DNA of 64,000 bases from Blasia pusilla. Lineage: Eukaryota. The position numbers were made by a program, and so were the translations under genes. The stretch is from NCBI GenBank assembly GCA_050084515.1, contig CM114271.1, forward strand, positions 15,190,001 through 15,254,000, given 5' to 3'. The notes below the pieces were generated by a model. The model had not been told where the DNA came from. It ran no database searches and saw only the letters and a program-made list of their open reading frames with translations. Shown here one piece after another: positions 50,347-62,421 of this stretch; the first letter of the stretch is position 1; every line of letters starts with the position of its first letter.

Positions 50347-53300
50347 TTGGACTGTCGTCACTCCTCGGATGATGGAGACTGTCTCTATGCATTGTACACA
50401 ACCCACTTTGAGAAGGACCCCTGTGATTCTTCTGCCACTACCTTTACAGACCCTAAATTCTCGAGCGCAGTGCCAATTGAATGGTGCCCTGAACACATTG
50501 GCACGGAAATTTCCACGCTCTTTAATTTGCTCAGCTCAAAATTAAGAACGAAAAATCCAATAGGCACGCAAACTCTTCCACGATGAGTAGAAATCTCTCA
50601 TGGGGTTAGGGCCTTCGTTCTGGACGCGATCAGCGCCAGCAGAAACCGTTTCAGCTTTCGTGGCCGTGGTGGTGGAACGTGAGTTGAAGTGACAGTGGAT
50701 AAGGATAGAGAGAATGAACGAACCTGAACGCAATGTGTGGTTTTATGTGGGACAGACTTCACGTTGCCAGGAGTTCATGAGTATCTCCCAAGAATTAGCA
50801 ATACTTGAGCCAGGCACTCTACCAGTGCACAGGAAGCGTAACTGGCGAATTGCAGCAGAAAAGAACTTGCCACCCCGGCAAGGACGAGGCTACAACGCCA
50901 AGAAAGCAGCTGCGGCAGGAGTTAGGAAGCGTATGAGCAACCGGGAGCTGGATCTGGAAGGATGGGTACAAGTAAGCGCTAAGTCTGTTCTCTACCTGAA
51001 GTAGAACTCGACATTTTCACGGGATATGGGCGTGCGAGAGATGTCTAACGTTGCAGGTGCGTTACTGGGTCGATGATGCAGGTTGCACTTACAGATGACC
51101 TGATTGAGGGTAAGAACAAAGCCATCATCCATGACAACACGGGGTACACTTGGAACCTTTCTTACCTGTCTCTGGTGTTTCAAGGTTAGCGTCTTAGGGT
51201 TTAGGATGCCAGTGACTGCGCACTGTGTTCAGGTTGTCTTCGTGATTAGAGGGTTGAGATAGATCAAAGCATCTGGGAGGGTTCTCCTCCACACGTGTTT
51301 TATAATTGAAAGTTGCATCTGAGCATAACAAGGCTTTGTCTTTAAGCGTTTGGTTCGATGGAACTTCAGATATGTCCTTGTGAAGAGGAGCACGTTGGTA
51401 TACACTATCAAGGCGAACTGCTCATCATGTCAATTTCCTGTGATTGATGGCAAGGTGAGTTCTCGTTTGCACGATTCTTGTGCAGCTTTGACGTTTCTAT
51501 CTCAAAGTGCATTTGCCGGTTATCACAAACCTAGATACCTAGTCCACTGTTCCGCGTTTCCTCCTGTAAGTATTTGACAAAAGCATTGCAAAGGGTGGGA
51601 GAGAACGAGCAGCCTTGGTCCACTCCCTGCTTGATGTTGGAAACCCACTCACTGAAGTGCGATCCGTGGAAGCATCTCCATATTTCAATAACTCACTGGC
51701 CTAATGGTTGCAACTGTCTGCGTTGTAGCTCACAAGCTCTTGGATGGGCACTCCCACCTCTGCTAGGGATAACCAATCATTGTATGGGTTGCCCAAATCG
51801 TCCTGTTGGAGATAAACAAAATCCTCCACCACTTTCTCAAAGTTCTACTCTTCAGGAGATTTCGGATGTGGGGAAATGTGAGGAGGTTCTCCTCCAGCTT
51901 ACCAACATACATCTTCCTGTTTCTCTTGGCTAGGAAGTCCTCAATTCGCCATCTCTACGGTAGCCAACGAATAATCAGATATTTAATAACTGTGAAAGTG
52001 ACCATTCCCTGATGTGGCTAGAGTTCATTATCTACTGCTATGGAATCCATGATCGTGCTTTCATGAAGTTGAACCTGGTCCAGTTGGGATACTCCACCTT
52101 GTGCCTGTCATTCGGTACAATTAGTTGAATTTCCCTAAGTGTCCTAATCGACCAGCTGCACTGCTATTGACTGCAACATATCCAGACATCCCAATCTCAG
52201 CCTGTGGGTCTTTGCCTTGTCCCACCTGGCTTTTGAAATTCTCCCAGCAGGAATGTATTCCCCTTTATTTGAAATTGAAGGTAATTTGTGCACACTATGA
52301 AGGCTTTCTCTGTAACAGCAGCAATTCATGTTGCTTCTTCACTGTTTCCGGGCATGTAAACACATCCAATGTACATGTCTTTTGAATCACACTTAGCTTG
52401 GACTTTGACCCATATCCTCTGCTCATCCTCCTCCCCTGTGTTCATAGTCTGACACCTATTCATACAGTCTTGAATGAAGAATCCAATACCCTTCATACCT
52501 CTTTTGTTGTTATCGGCTTGTGTTTTGCACAGCTTCCCAAACCAGACATAGTGTGGGTCTGGGTTATCTCCATTGACTTGTTTTCCCAGGTCTCCTGGGC
52601 ATGACATATATGAGTGCTCTTTCAGCAACATGCCAGCGCACCTCCAGCTGGTTTATCGGAGAGGTAAGTGTACAGAAATTTCAAGTACCGAAACAGAGTC
52701 GAGCCACAAGGTGAGGTGAGTGATGGTCAGTGTGCGTGCCTTCTAAGTTGCTGTCCACTAGATGAACCCCTTCGTGTGCAGGAGCTTCATTGCTGATATC
52801 TTGAAGAGCACTAAATATGTTGGGTGTGTAGATCACATGCTTCTTTGTGGAGTTGTGCCTTGCCTTTCTCTGTAATCACCCACAACTATCATAGCACTCA
52901 AGCTTTAGGTTGGTCTGCAGTTCTGAGACACCTGAATTCCGTGGCAAGTGAAATATTGGGCTCCTCTTCCATTGATAGTCGCCTTGAGGACACATTCACC
53001 ACCTTTCATCATCTGAATGATCAAAAGAGTGATATGTTTTGGTTAGAAGATCCAGGTACTTGTAGGTGGTTGCTTGCTGATCAGCTTGGGGAACTCTACA
53101 CAGGGACTTCTCATGCAAGTGTGCACACCCTGCTATGAACTGAACTGTCCTCGTGATGTTGAGCAGGTGGAGGTTGTGGGAGAGGGCGATGATCTGACTA
53201 TTGAGTGCCCCCTTTGCCATACAAAATTCTCTTTAATTGATGGCGCTGTCAAGGACTACTGTCCCAAGGATGGGCCATTGCAGTGGATTGTGGGCACTCT

Positions 53301-53382
53301 GAAGTCTAAAGCTGATCCAGTTGCAGCCTCTGTACGATCTCTATCTTGTGCCTTGATTATGGTGTTTTCCCGCATGAGTTAA
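50347..53382 (+). pseudogene. Degraded spliced gene, possibly a RING-like zinc finger
   Basis: ...ELDLEGWVQ|gtaag (~50972) joins in frame at cag|ELHC*YLEEH*ICWVCR...THNYH (~52782); a later exon reads VEVVGEGDDLTIECPLCH; in-frame stops. Confidence 0.35.
51400..52631 (-). mobile_element. LINE remnant (APE endonuclease and RT fragments)
   Basis: YVWFG...KGIGFFI...RIWVKV...IGCVYMP (endonuclease); IKQGVDQGCSFSPTLCNAFV (RT) at ~51570-51650. Confidence 0.75.
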
Positions 53383-55051
53383 AACAACAGAAATGTGTTG
53401 AATTTGGAGCAGTGCAAATGGAATGAGGGGACTCGAGAAATGTCCGTGTTTTTCTTATTCTATTCCTTTTATATGACTCCACTCCTTGGAGACTGCATCG
53501 TTCGCCTTAAATGAGCCATGAAGAGCCTGTAAAGATTTTGGAGCAGGAGTTGCTCAGGAATTGATTTCTTGGTCTCGTGGGATTTTTTGCCAGGTGTATC
53601 CTACAAGAGTGTCGCTGTCAGGAAGGGTGTATGCGAAATTCGTTGGGCCTTGAAAGTGACCGCTAGTGATAGTACGTAGGAGCCATTGCTTCTGAGTCTA
53701 TTAGCATGACGGTTTCATAAATTGTTTCAGTGGGGCCATTCTTTTCCTACGGCTTTCGAGTTTAGTTGGGATTTCGTCAGCCATTGGAAGGTGTGGGCAA
53801 GAACCCATGCACGTCTTCACAAGAGAGAAGATATCGGTCTATATGCTGCCATTCAATTAACAATGTACTATATCAAAATTTCTTTGAGGGTCACTCTTCT
53901 CCTATATGAGTCCTTTATGGTTCCGAGTTGTGAAAATCTTTGTTCTGGTTTTGAGTGTAGTAGGGCGTGTCACTCGAAGACCTATAGAAAATCTGTGGGT
54001 CTCAAAAGTCCATAGGATGTCATTTTTTCTACAAAGCTAGGTATGGGATATCTTGCCCGATACTCGCTCACGAGGAATGCCCTGTTGTGTTTTGCATGGG
54101 ACAAAAAGTTTGTGTGCACAAGGGAAAAATTTCTCATGATTGGATATTTGAGAGCTATTGGGCTTCTCTCTCAAATCTCGTAGGAAATAGGGTATGGCTA
54201 TGTGGAGGAAGGCAAGGTGAGTAGGGGTTGGGAGTGGGGCGGAGTTTGGGCAAGGGGTTTAGGGACCTGCTTCTCGCATTATCAAACATATTCTATGATG
54301 CGGGGGATGGGTTAGAGTGGAGGGAAGATTTAATTTATGAGAAATGTTCACACGAATGGAAATCTATGGACAGTTTAAAAACCCACTCATTGAAATGAAA
54401 TACATCATGTTTGTAAAGACTCCATGGATCATATTCAAACCAATCTTATGGTCATTTAGCCATCCTTGAAAGCACGTGTTGTGCATCTATCCCTTTTATT
54501 GTTGGTCATGGAAGCTTGCGTTCAATAGGTTGTGCTCTCTTTATTAATTTGCATTTTAAATGCATCCACATCAGTTACGGAATGGGTCAATTAGTCTTGC
54601 GTCTCTCGAGTCTAGATCTTAGGTCATCTTTCAACCTCAACCAATCTAGATATGGGGCAGATACTAACCTAATCCTTCACTCTCCAATATAGGTAAGTCA
54701 TTCAAGACTTCTACTTCTTTGATAGTCTAAGGATCTAGCGGTCTCAATGGCCCAACGGAGTTACGGCTGAAGGTCCAAGGTTGGTGTCCATAAGTGATTC
54801 ACTTGGATTTGATTTGGTGTGAGAACCCAAATGTTAACCTCTTACTCCCTTGGGTGCCTTGAGTTCATCTTATGGTTCCCAAAATGGGATTAGGTTCTAA
54901 ATGTCCTTGGAGACCCTTCCCGTTGTGTATAGCCTTAGAGAATTCCATCCTCACTAGATTTGGGGAAGTCCTCTTAGATTGCGCAATGTCACTTTCAATC
55001 AAACTATCATTTTCACAATTTGGGTATGGTTTCTATGCTCTTGTTCATGCG

Positions 55052-55223
55052 TTAACTTTAATTTTTAGTTGATAAGAATTATCTTCTCATAAGTTTTTTC
55101 TAATGTCATCTTGTTCACCCCAAAGTAAAGAGGAGGATTAACTTTAATTTTTAGTTGATAAGAATTATCTTCTCATAAGCTTTTTCTAATGTCATCTTGT
55201 TCACCCCAAAGTAAAGAGGAGGA
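55052..55223. repeat. 86-bp tandem duplication spanning the truncation junction of the downstream retroelement
   Basis: ttaactttaattttta...aaagaggagga x2. Confidence 0.9.
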
Positions 55224-58200
55224 GCTAGGGGAGGTTACTTCTTCAGCTACTAATGATATTCTAGGAGGGGTGAGTCGGACTTGGGCAGATCGATGCATCG
55301 TCTTAGGTTCAACCATGTGGTTGAGTTCTTTGCAGAGTTGCAAAGGAACTACCAGGGGGTTCGGACTGAGAAGTTGCAGAGCATCCATGTCTTCCATAGC
55401 CGCACATGTAAGAGTTTGCGTGAGGCATTCATTCGCTTGCGTTGATTGATTAGCATCACTCAAGGTGTGATAGAGGCCCACGCTATCCAAGCATGGTACG
55501 CGATGTTGGAACGAGACATGCGGAAACGGGCGAGGGATGCGACACTTCTTATACGCACCTTACCTACGTTGAGAGATGTTTTTGAGATGGCGGAGTGTAT
55601 TGAGGGAAAAATGCTTGAGGAGAGTCATAAGTCACGCGCGAGAGCAGTCACGATTTTCCTGTACCACCATTGCAACAACGTGGATTTCGGAAGAGGACTG
55701 TGGTACCACGAGGTCAGAGAGAATACTAGGAGTCAGTGCCATAGAGACCAACGCCATAATATGGGGCCGGGAGGAATTTTTTGTTGGGCATGTGGTGAAG
55801 CCCATCACCAACGGGATTGCATTAGTCACAATAGTGGATGCGTACCTCAGCTTGGAGGAGGAGATGGGTTCGTACCAGGATTTTACCACTTTGATCATTG
55901 TCAACGGTTATGGTCATACATGCGCCATGTGTTTTAGCCTTTAACCTGAATTATGCCCGGACCGAAGGCCACAGAGGGCATCAAAGCGAGTTGTCGGTCT
56001 GGGTCGGCCTAGAGGCCATACGCTAGGTGGTCCCGTTGGGATACGAGGAGTTGGATTTGGCGGAAGGGGTGATGTATATGCTCGTGGAGGAGGTAGAGGT
56101 CCACCACCTAGACATGTCGAGAGAGACAAAGGGCGTGAGGCTAGGATGACTGCTCAGATAGAGCAAGTCCAACAACACATTTCCTCTATGGCATTGAGGT
56201 TATCCGATGCCGGATTAGTGGGATTGACGTTGTATGGAGCAGATTGAGGCAGTCGTTGTTGTTACACATGGAGCAGCTGCAAACTTGGATATGCAGAGGG
56301 GAGGCCAAGAAACACACCACACTTCCTCAGCCTTTCATGTTGTCTGCAGCAATGAGGACTCCATCGATGGATCTTCATCAAACTTCTCGGGGAGTTAATG
56401 TTATTGGTGTGCACGCACGGAGGACGATGGGAGAAGCTGGTGCAATGACTCATATTGCGGATGCTTCGGTGGAGTTTGTGTCGGGTACGTTGTTGGGGAT
56501 GGCCATTGTGATGTACCGCGCCCCATGGTGTTTTGCTTTCGATTGTTACAATGTTAGGAAGTAAGCCCGTTGAGGTTTTTTGGCTGGCCGCTACGCCATG
56601 TGAGCGTGGAGTTGGTGTTCCAACATCAAGGTCAGAGATGATTGCAAAGGAGGTGGTGGACTTGCCCTTGGAGACTATGCTTGGCCCGACCATATTGGAT
56701 TCATGGCAGGTTGCGACTGTTAGGATGGCGGAGATGCCTGCTAGACCCGGGATAGAGCGTGCCATGGTTTCTCCTAGTGTTGTGTTGCTAGATAATTGGG
56801 AAGAGGTCTTCCATTTGGTGAGTCTAGAAGGTAGAGTGTTTTTTCCGCAACATGTCTTATTGGATTCAAGAGCGCAACCCCTGATGTTGGGGAAGGCGAC
56901 ATTTAGAGGATTAGGCCTAACTAGGGCACATATGGAGTGTTGCCCATTGAGGATACAATCATCCTTGGGTGGAACAAGTACGACGTAGTTTATCACCCGA
57001 TATGAGGTTGTGGTGAGGAGTTGCCTTGGACATCCATCAAATGAGTTCATAGTGCGAGCCAAGGCGATAGTGACCGATGTCGAGTCATATGATGTATTGG
57101 TTGGAGGAGCAATACTATACCTGATGGGGTTTTCTTGGATAAGTGAGAGGAGTCAACATCCTACAGACTAGGATGGCGGTCAAGCGATGGGCGAATGAAT
57201 TCATTATATGTTCAATTCACAAGTGGAGTAATCGAGTGACCACCACGAGAGATGGTGACATGAGCAGCATTCAGCATCTCCATCACTTGGCCTAGTGATT
57301 TGATTGAGGGGCATGTCCATGCAAGGGACACACCCACGCTTGACACTTCTACAGAGAGGAGTGTTATGGTAGCCACATTATTCTGTGGAGGGGAGGTGCC
57401 GTTGTGGGGCTTGAGTGAGGAGCTTCGACGCTTGGCCGATGAGCACGTGCAGACGGATTGGAGCAAGAAGTTTGCACTAAAGCATGACGGGTTAGAGGAA
57501 CCCGAGGTAGCTAGGAGTGCTACTTTGACACCCTTGGACAACACATCCATTGTATGGCGGATCTTTGAGGAGGGTATTCAGCTATTGGATCTCTTTGGAG
57601 GGATCAACATAGGATTGGCTACTGTTTTGTAGGCAGGAGTACATGTGCAACAATATCTATTTGTGGAGCTCGATGAGGTTGCGTTTAGGGTTTAGGGTTT
57701 CACTTTGACATGTGGCGTAGTTACGCCTTCGTTTTCTCGAATTGGTGTATGCCTCCGTTGTACATGTGTACCAGAGTTCCCTACCGAGGGATATTTCGTT
57801 GATGGGGATGTGGGACTTAGAGTGGATGAGGACCATTGATTTGGTCATTGTTGGTTGGCCATGTTAGGGCCAGTCGAGTGCTGGATGAGGTAAAGGGCTA
57901 CCTGACACTTGATCTAGGTTGTTTTGGGATATGATCAGGATCTTGCGACATTTGCAAGAGCATCAGTCCCGTTCTCCAACTTTCATCTTGGAGAATGTAC
58001 CAATTTTGGGTGACTTGAGGGCACGGATGGTGACAAGTGCACATCAGATGCGTGCTTAAATTAGTCCAGCAATGTTTTTGGAGGCGGCGAGTGTAGGTTC
58101 ACGAGCACATCTCCCGCGTCTATGGCAGACCAACTTGATGCCACACGAGGTGTTACGAAGGGCGTATATGAGAGTGGAGCACCCCTCCCATTTGTTGATG

Positions 58201-59997
58201 GATTCTATTTTGGATCCGAGTCGTTGATTAGAGGTAGTGAGGCATGATGATTGACCGTTGTTGAGAGTGGTCAATAGGATTGGCAGTTCACGCGCAACCT
58301 TTCCCACCTATGTGAGTTTTCCCGCTTCCTTTTGATACAAGGAGGCTGAACCTGGCTTGGTTTGGGATGACCAAGCATAGCGGTTGGTGGAGCCCAACAC
58401 CGATGAGCAAGGGCGGACGATCAAATTTCCCACAAGAGTGAGGGCAGTACCGTCACTATCAAAGGCATCACAACGTCATGTCTTAGGTCAGGTGATGGAC
58501 TTGAATTTCCTGACATGGATCATCAACTAAGGAGTAGCTGAGCAACGTCGAATGAGGTTGCAACAGATCACAACTATTGTATTGGTGAGACCCATGCCTA
58601 CCAAGACGGTTGAGAAAGTAAATAGGGGCAAGACCCAAGGAGATGAACATACCAGGGGTGATTAGGAGAGACACCCTTGGACTTCTTGGGATGTTTTGCA
58701 ATAGGCCGAGAGATGGCAGACACAACATCGAGTGTGGTTCAGGGTACTATAAGTTGAGGAGATCTCTATAAGAGTTTGGAGTTGGATGCAAGAGAGCGAT
58801 CGAGTTTGGTTGTATGAGATGGGGTTGCGCAATAGCAACCACCAATTCCTGCACCTGACAATCCTATAATAATCACGATGAAGACTTGGGTGCGAGATAT
58901 AGATCCTAAGTTGACACGAGGAGAGTAGCGCTACATACATCAGTTCCTTAGGAGTTATAGGAGATGTTTTGTATTTTGCATGCATGATTTAGGTACGCTA
59001 AAGGATCCAAGGATCCGCATTGAGTTGTCTAGCAACACATCAATCTTCTGACGATCCTACATGTAAAATGATATGGAGTGGGCTCTGATTCAGAGTCGGA
59101 GCCAAGACTTGGTTGGAGTAGGACTAGTGGTGATGTCGCATAAAGAGTATGCATCTGCTACCGTCATGCTCACCAAGAAGGATGTGAATGGCAACTAGAG
59201 GGATAGGCGGATGTGTGGAAATTACCAACCGATCAATCCGAGACAAAGTTTGATAGGTATGCCATGCCCACTCGTGAGGAGATATTTAATGATATTGGGC
59301 ATGCAAAGGTCTTTAGTTCCTTAGATCTTTGAGCTGGATACCATCAGCTGCCTATCAGATTGGAGGATGGGTAGCAGACGAAATTTTGGGGCATCGATCC
59401 TCACGGGAAGGATTTTTTTTGTACTAGTGGCGATTCTTACCATTTGGGTTAAAGAACGCTCCAACAGAGTTTCAGAGGGTTATGGGTAGGATCTTGAAAG
59501 GGTTGGATTTTTCTAGGTGTTATATTGATGACATCGTAGGGTTATATAACACCACAGATGAGGAGCATGAGCGACATCTAGAGAGGGTGTTTCGATGATT
59601 GCAGTTACTTGGGCTGAAGTTGTATCTAGGCAAGTGCAAGATCTTCTACGATCAGATTGAGTACCTCGATCATGCAATATACCTAAGTGACCATGCAATA
59701 TATGTGCAACAGACAAAGGTAGAGGCTATTCACACATTTCCACGCTCTACAGATGTGAGTCCAGTTCGTGCATTCATAAGATTGGCGAACCTCTATCGAC
59801 GGTACGTTAAGGGTTTTGGTTCGATTGCGAAGCCACTAACATTGGTGATCAAGGTGGATCACGAGTGGCAGTAGGGGGATGAGCGAGAGAGAGCATTTCA
59901 TCTTCTTAAGGACAGGTTGACGTTGGCATCCATATTGAGGAGACCGATCAGGGGGCGTCCTTTCCAATTGCATACTGATTGGAGTATGTTGGGGTTT
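55213..59997 (+). mobile_element. DNMT-carrying gypsy copy on the plus strand (gag-PR-DNMT-RT-start of RNase H), both ends truncated, more decayed
   Basis: CWACGEAHHQRDC, VLLDSRAQP, LLDLFGG, GWPC, LENVP, RRMCG, PFGLKNAP, YIDD, LHTDWS. Confidence 0.92.
57576..58545 (+). pseudogene. DNMT3-like C5 methyltransferase domain, second copy
   Basis: IQLLDLFGGINIG, DLVIVGWPC, FILENVP, ASVGSRAHLPRLWQTNL, VLGQVMDLNFLTWI. Confidence 0.9.
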
Positions 59998-60597
59998 GAC
60001 ACGTGTATGAGCATGACACGCCGCTAGAGCCCATTAGCATGCACATGCTACAAAGCTAAGGAGACCAGTTGCCTACAATAAAGAATCACTATAGCTAATA
60101 ATCTCAGGAACTAAGGACGATCCATTTCTTGACTGTAGATGATGAGTAAGGAACGAGTCAAACCTCCCCCATAGCCTCATATATCTCTATGATAAGGGAA
60201 ACTAATCCATGTCCATCATGAAATCTACTTTATAGATGGGTTTTCTTGATAGCCTCCACCACTCCTTGAAACATTCTCCCTTTAACCACCACCGGGCTCC
60301 CACGCAAGAAAGTCAAATGTCGATTGTTGGTTTGGGGTTTTTACCATGTTTTCACATATGAGTACACATCATGTTTTCCCACGGCTTTTGAGCCTATCCG
60401 GAATGTTATGAGCCTCTCAAACAGAACTTTCAATGGCAGCACTGTTTTCAAATATCCTGTCATCCAGCTTGGGAACTCGGCAAGAATTTTCTCAGCAACG
60501 GAGGGAATTCTGAATCCCATACGTCTTTCGAATAGCTAGTTATTCCACCGCGTTGGAGCTTAGCCAGAATATTCTAATCTGGGGAGAGAATTTCGAA

Positions 60598-60778
60598 TGG
60601 CAGCATTCTTTTCTAACAGCATTCATGCCAGGGCTTTGGATCTTAGCGTGAATCCTCTCAGCAGTAGAGAGAATTTTAATGGCAGCATTCTTTTCCAACA
60701 GCATGTATGCCAGCGCTTTGGATCTTAGCGTGAATCTTCTCAGCAGTAGAGAGAATTTTAATGGTAGCATCCTTTTCC
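60598..60778. repeat. 82-bp tandem repeat (~2.2 copies)
   Basis: ggcagcattctttt...gctttggatcttagcgtgaatc...gagagaattttaat x2. Confidence 0.88.
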
Positions 60779-61089
60779 TACTTGTTTTCCATCACTGTTT
60801 TGAGCTGTCAGGGTCTTATGAGCAGTGAAAGGTGTGGACACCGCTCTTGAGAATAGTCAAGATCATGTCAGCAGTCGAAAGGATGGGATTTACAAGAGAG
60901 GACAGATACGATATTGATCTACATGGACCCGTCAGCCAACAATGTACTATACTGGATTTATTTGTGCCTCTCCCTTCCTCCGATCACGGGTTCTTGGACT
61001 TACGCCGTCAATGCGCTCGTCGCTTTGACCACTAGACAATATCGCTTCGTAGGGTCTGCAGATAGGTGGGATGAAGTATCAGTTTCAAG

Positions 61090-61590
61090 TTTCTTGACGC
61101 AAGAATTGTTTCTATTTTCTTGAAGCGATGATCGCATTAGAAGGGCGTCAATTGGTTCCACGCTTCTTGAAGCAACGATCGCATCAGAAAGCCGTGAATT
61201 GGTTGCATGATTCTTGAAGCGATAATCGTATCGGAAAGTCGTCTATTGGTTCCATTCATTTTATTCCATGTTTCTTGGAGCAGTAATCGCATTTGAAAGA
61301 CGTCAATTGGTTCCATGCTTCTTGAAACAATAATCGCATCGGAAAGCCATCTTTTGGTTCCATGTAATTTATTCTATGTTTCTTGACGCAACTATCGCAT
61401 CGGAAAGGCGAAAATTGGTTGAGTGTTTCTTGAAGCGTTGATCGCATTAGAAAGTCGTCGGTTAGTTTCATGTTTCTTGACGCAACAATCGTATTGGAAA
61501 GGCTTCAGTTGTTCAAACTTCCTGAAAAATTCGCTCGGGAAAGGCGTCAATTGGTTCCACATTTCTCGGAGCAACAATCGCTTTGGAAGG
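61090..61590. repeat. Degenerate ~47-bp minisatellite (~10 copies)
   Basis: Consensus approximately ttcttgaagcaataatcgcatcggaaaggcgtcaattggttccatgt. Confidence 0.88.
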
Positions 61591-61953
61591 TCAGCCGAGT
61601 ATGTGATCTCGCCGTTCTAGGGAGTGCTTGCTTGCAGTGCGGTGCGGAGAAAGTATCGGTTCTACTGAAGTAAGTAATCATATTGGAAAGGCGTCAATTG
61701 GGAGACAGGGCATTGACTGCACGCGTCTCTTCACCTGAAGAGAGAAATCCGGCGCAAGCACCAGGGTGTGGAGAATGAGAACCACTGGGCCATTAAGTTC
61801 CTTGTGATGAGGTGGCCCAGATCTCCAGAGAGGTACGGAATGAACGAGGCTGCTCTCCGAATCTCTGGGTGTGGCGCTTGCCCTTTGGAGGGTGTGCAGA
61901 CGACCTTTCTCACTGAGCGACTTGTTGCACATTTCCTCGATCTCTGCTCGACT

Positions 61954-62421
61954 ATGAACCCATTCTCCTGTTTTCGAGGTCAGCCATCACCTGCCCGGCC
62001 ACCGGGAAAGGCTCCTCGAGCAGGAATTGATCCCAGTAAAGGTGCAAAGCCAGTTCGTCTCCGACCTTTGAATGCTTCCCGACCCAATTCACCTCCAATC
62101 CAGAAAGCAAATGAATCTCTGCCTTCAAATCCGAGTTCTGGGACCGGCTTGACTGAGAAAGCAAGAGCACAGTTGCCCGCGAAAGACACAGCCGTGCCTG
62201 CCACACGACGAGAGGAATCGCCCAAGACAATAAGCGATCCACTATTTCCTCCGAGGCCAGTCGTTTCATCCACGCAAAAAGGGCCCCTCCGCGAGATGAC
62301 GAGACGGCCGAACGATGTGGGCAAGCAAGGGGATCCCGACGATCCATTTGCTTGCACTCACCTGACTCAACTCATGCCCATATCGCCCATCCCGTCCACG
62401 TACAGATCACAATCTGGGTAG
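61954..62421 (+). CDS. Putative first exon or ORF of an unknown Pro/Ser-rich protein, possibly a pseudogene
   Basis: MNPFSCFRGQPSPARPPGK..., ~155 open codons with disordered composition; downstream sequence has many stops. Confidence 0.35.
   Translation: MNPFSCFRGQPSPARPPGKAPRAGIDPSKGAKPVRLRPLNASRPNSPPIQKANESLPSNPSSGTGLTEKARAQLPAKDTAVPATRREESPKTISDPLFPPRPVVSSTQKGPLREMTRRPNDVGKQGDPDDPFACTHLTQLMPISPIPSTYRSQSG

Noticed and set aside
61090-61590. CRISPR-like array
   Set aside because: Units are contiguous and degenerate with no unique spacers; eukaryotic context and no cas genes.
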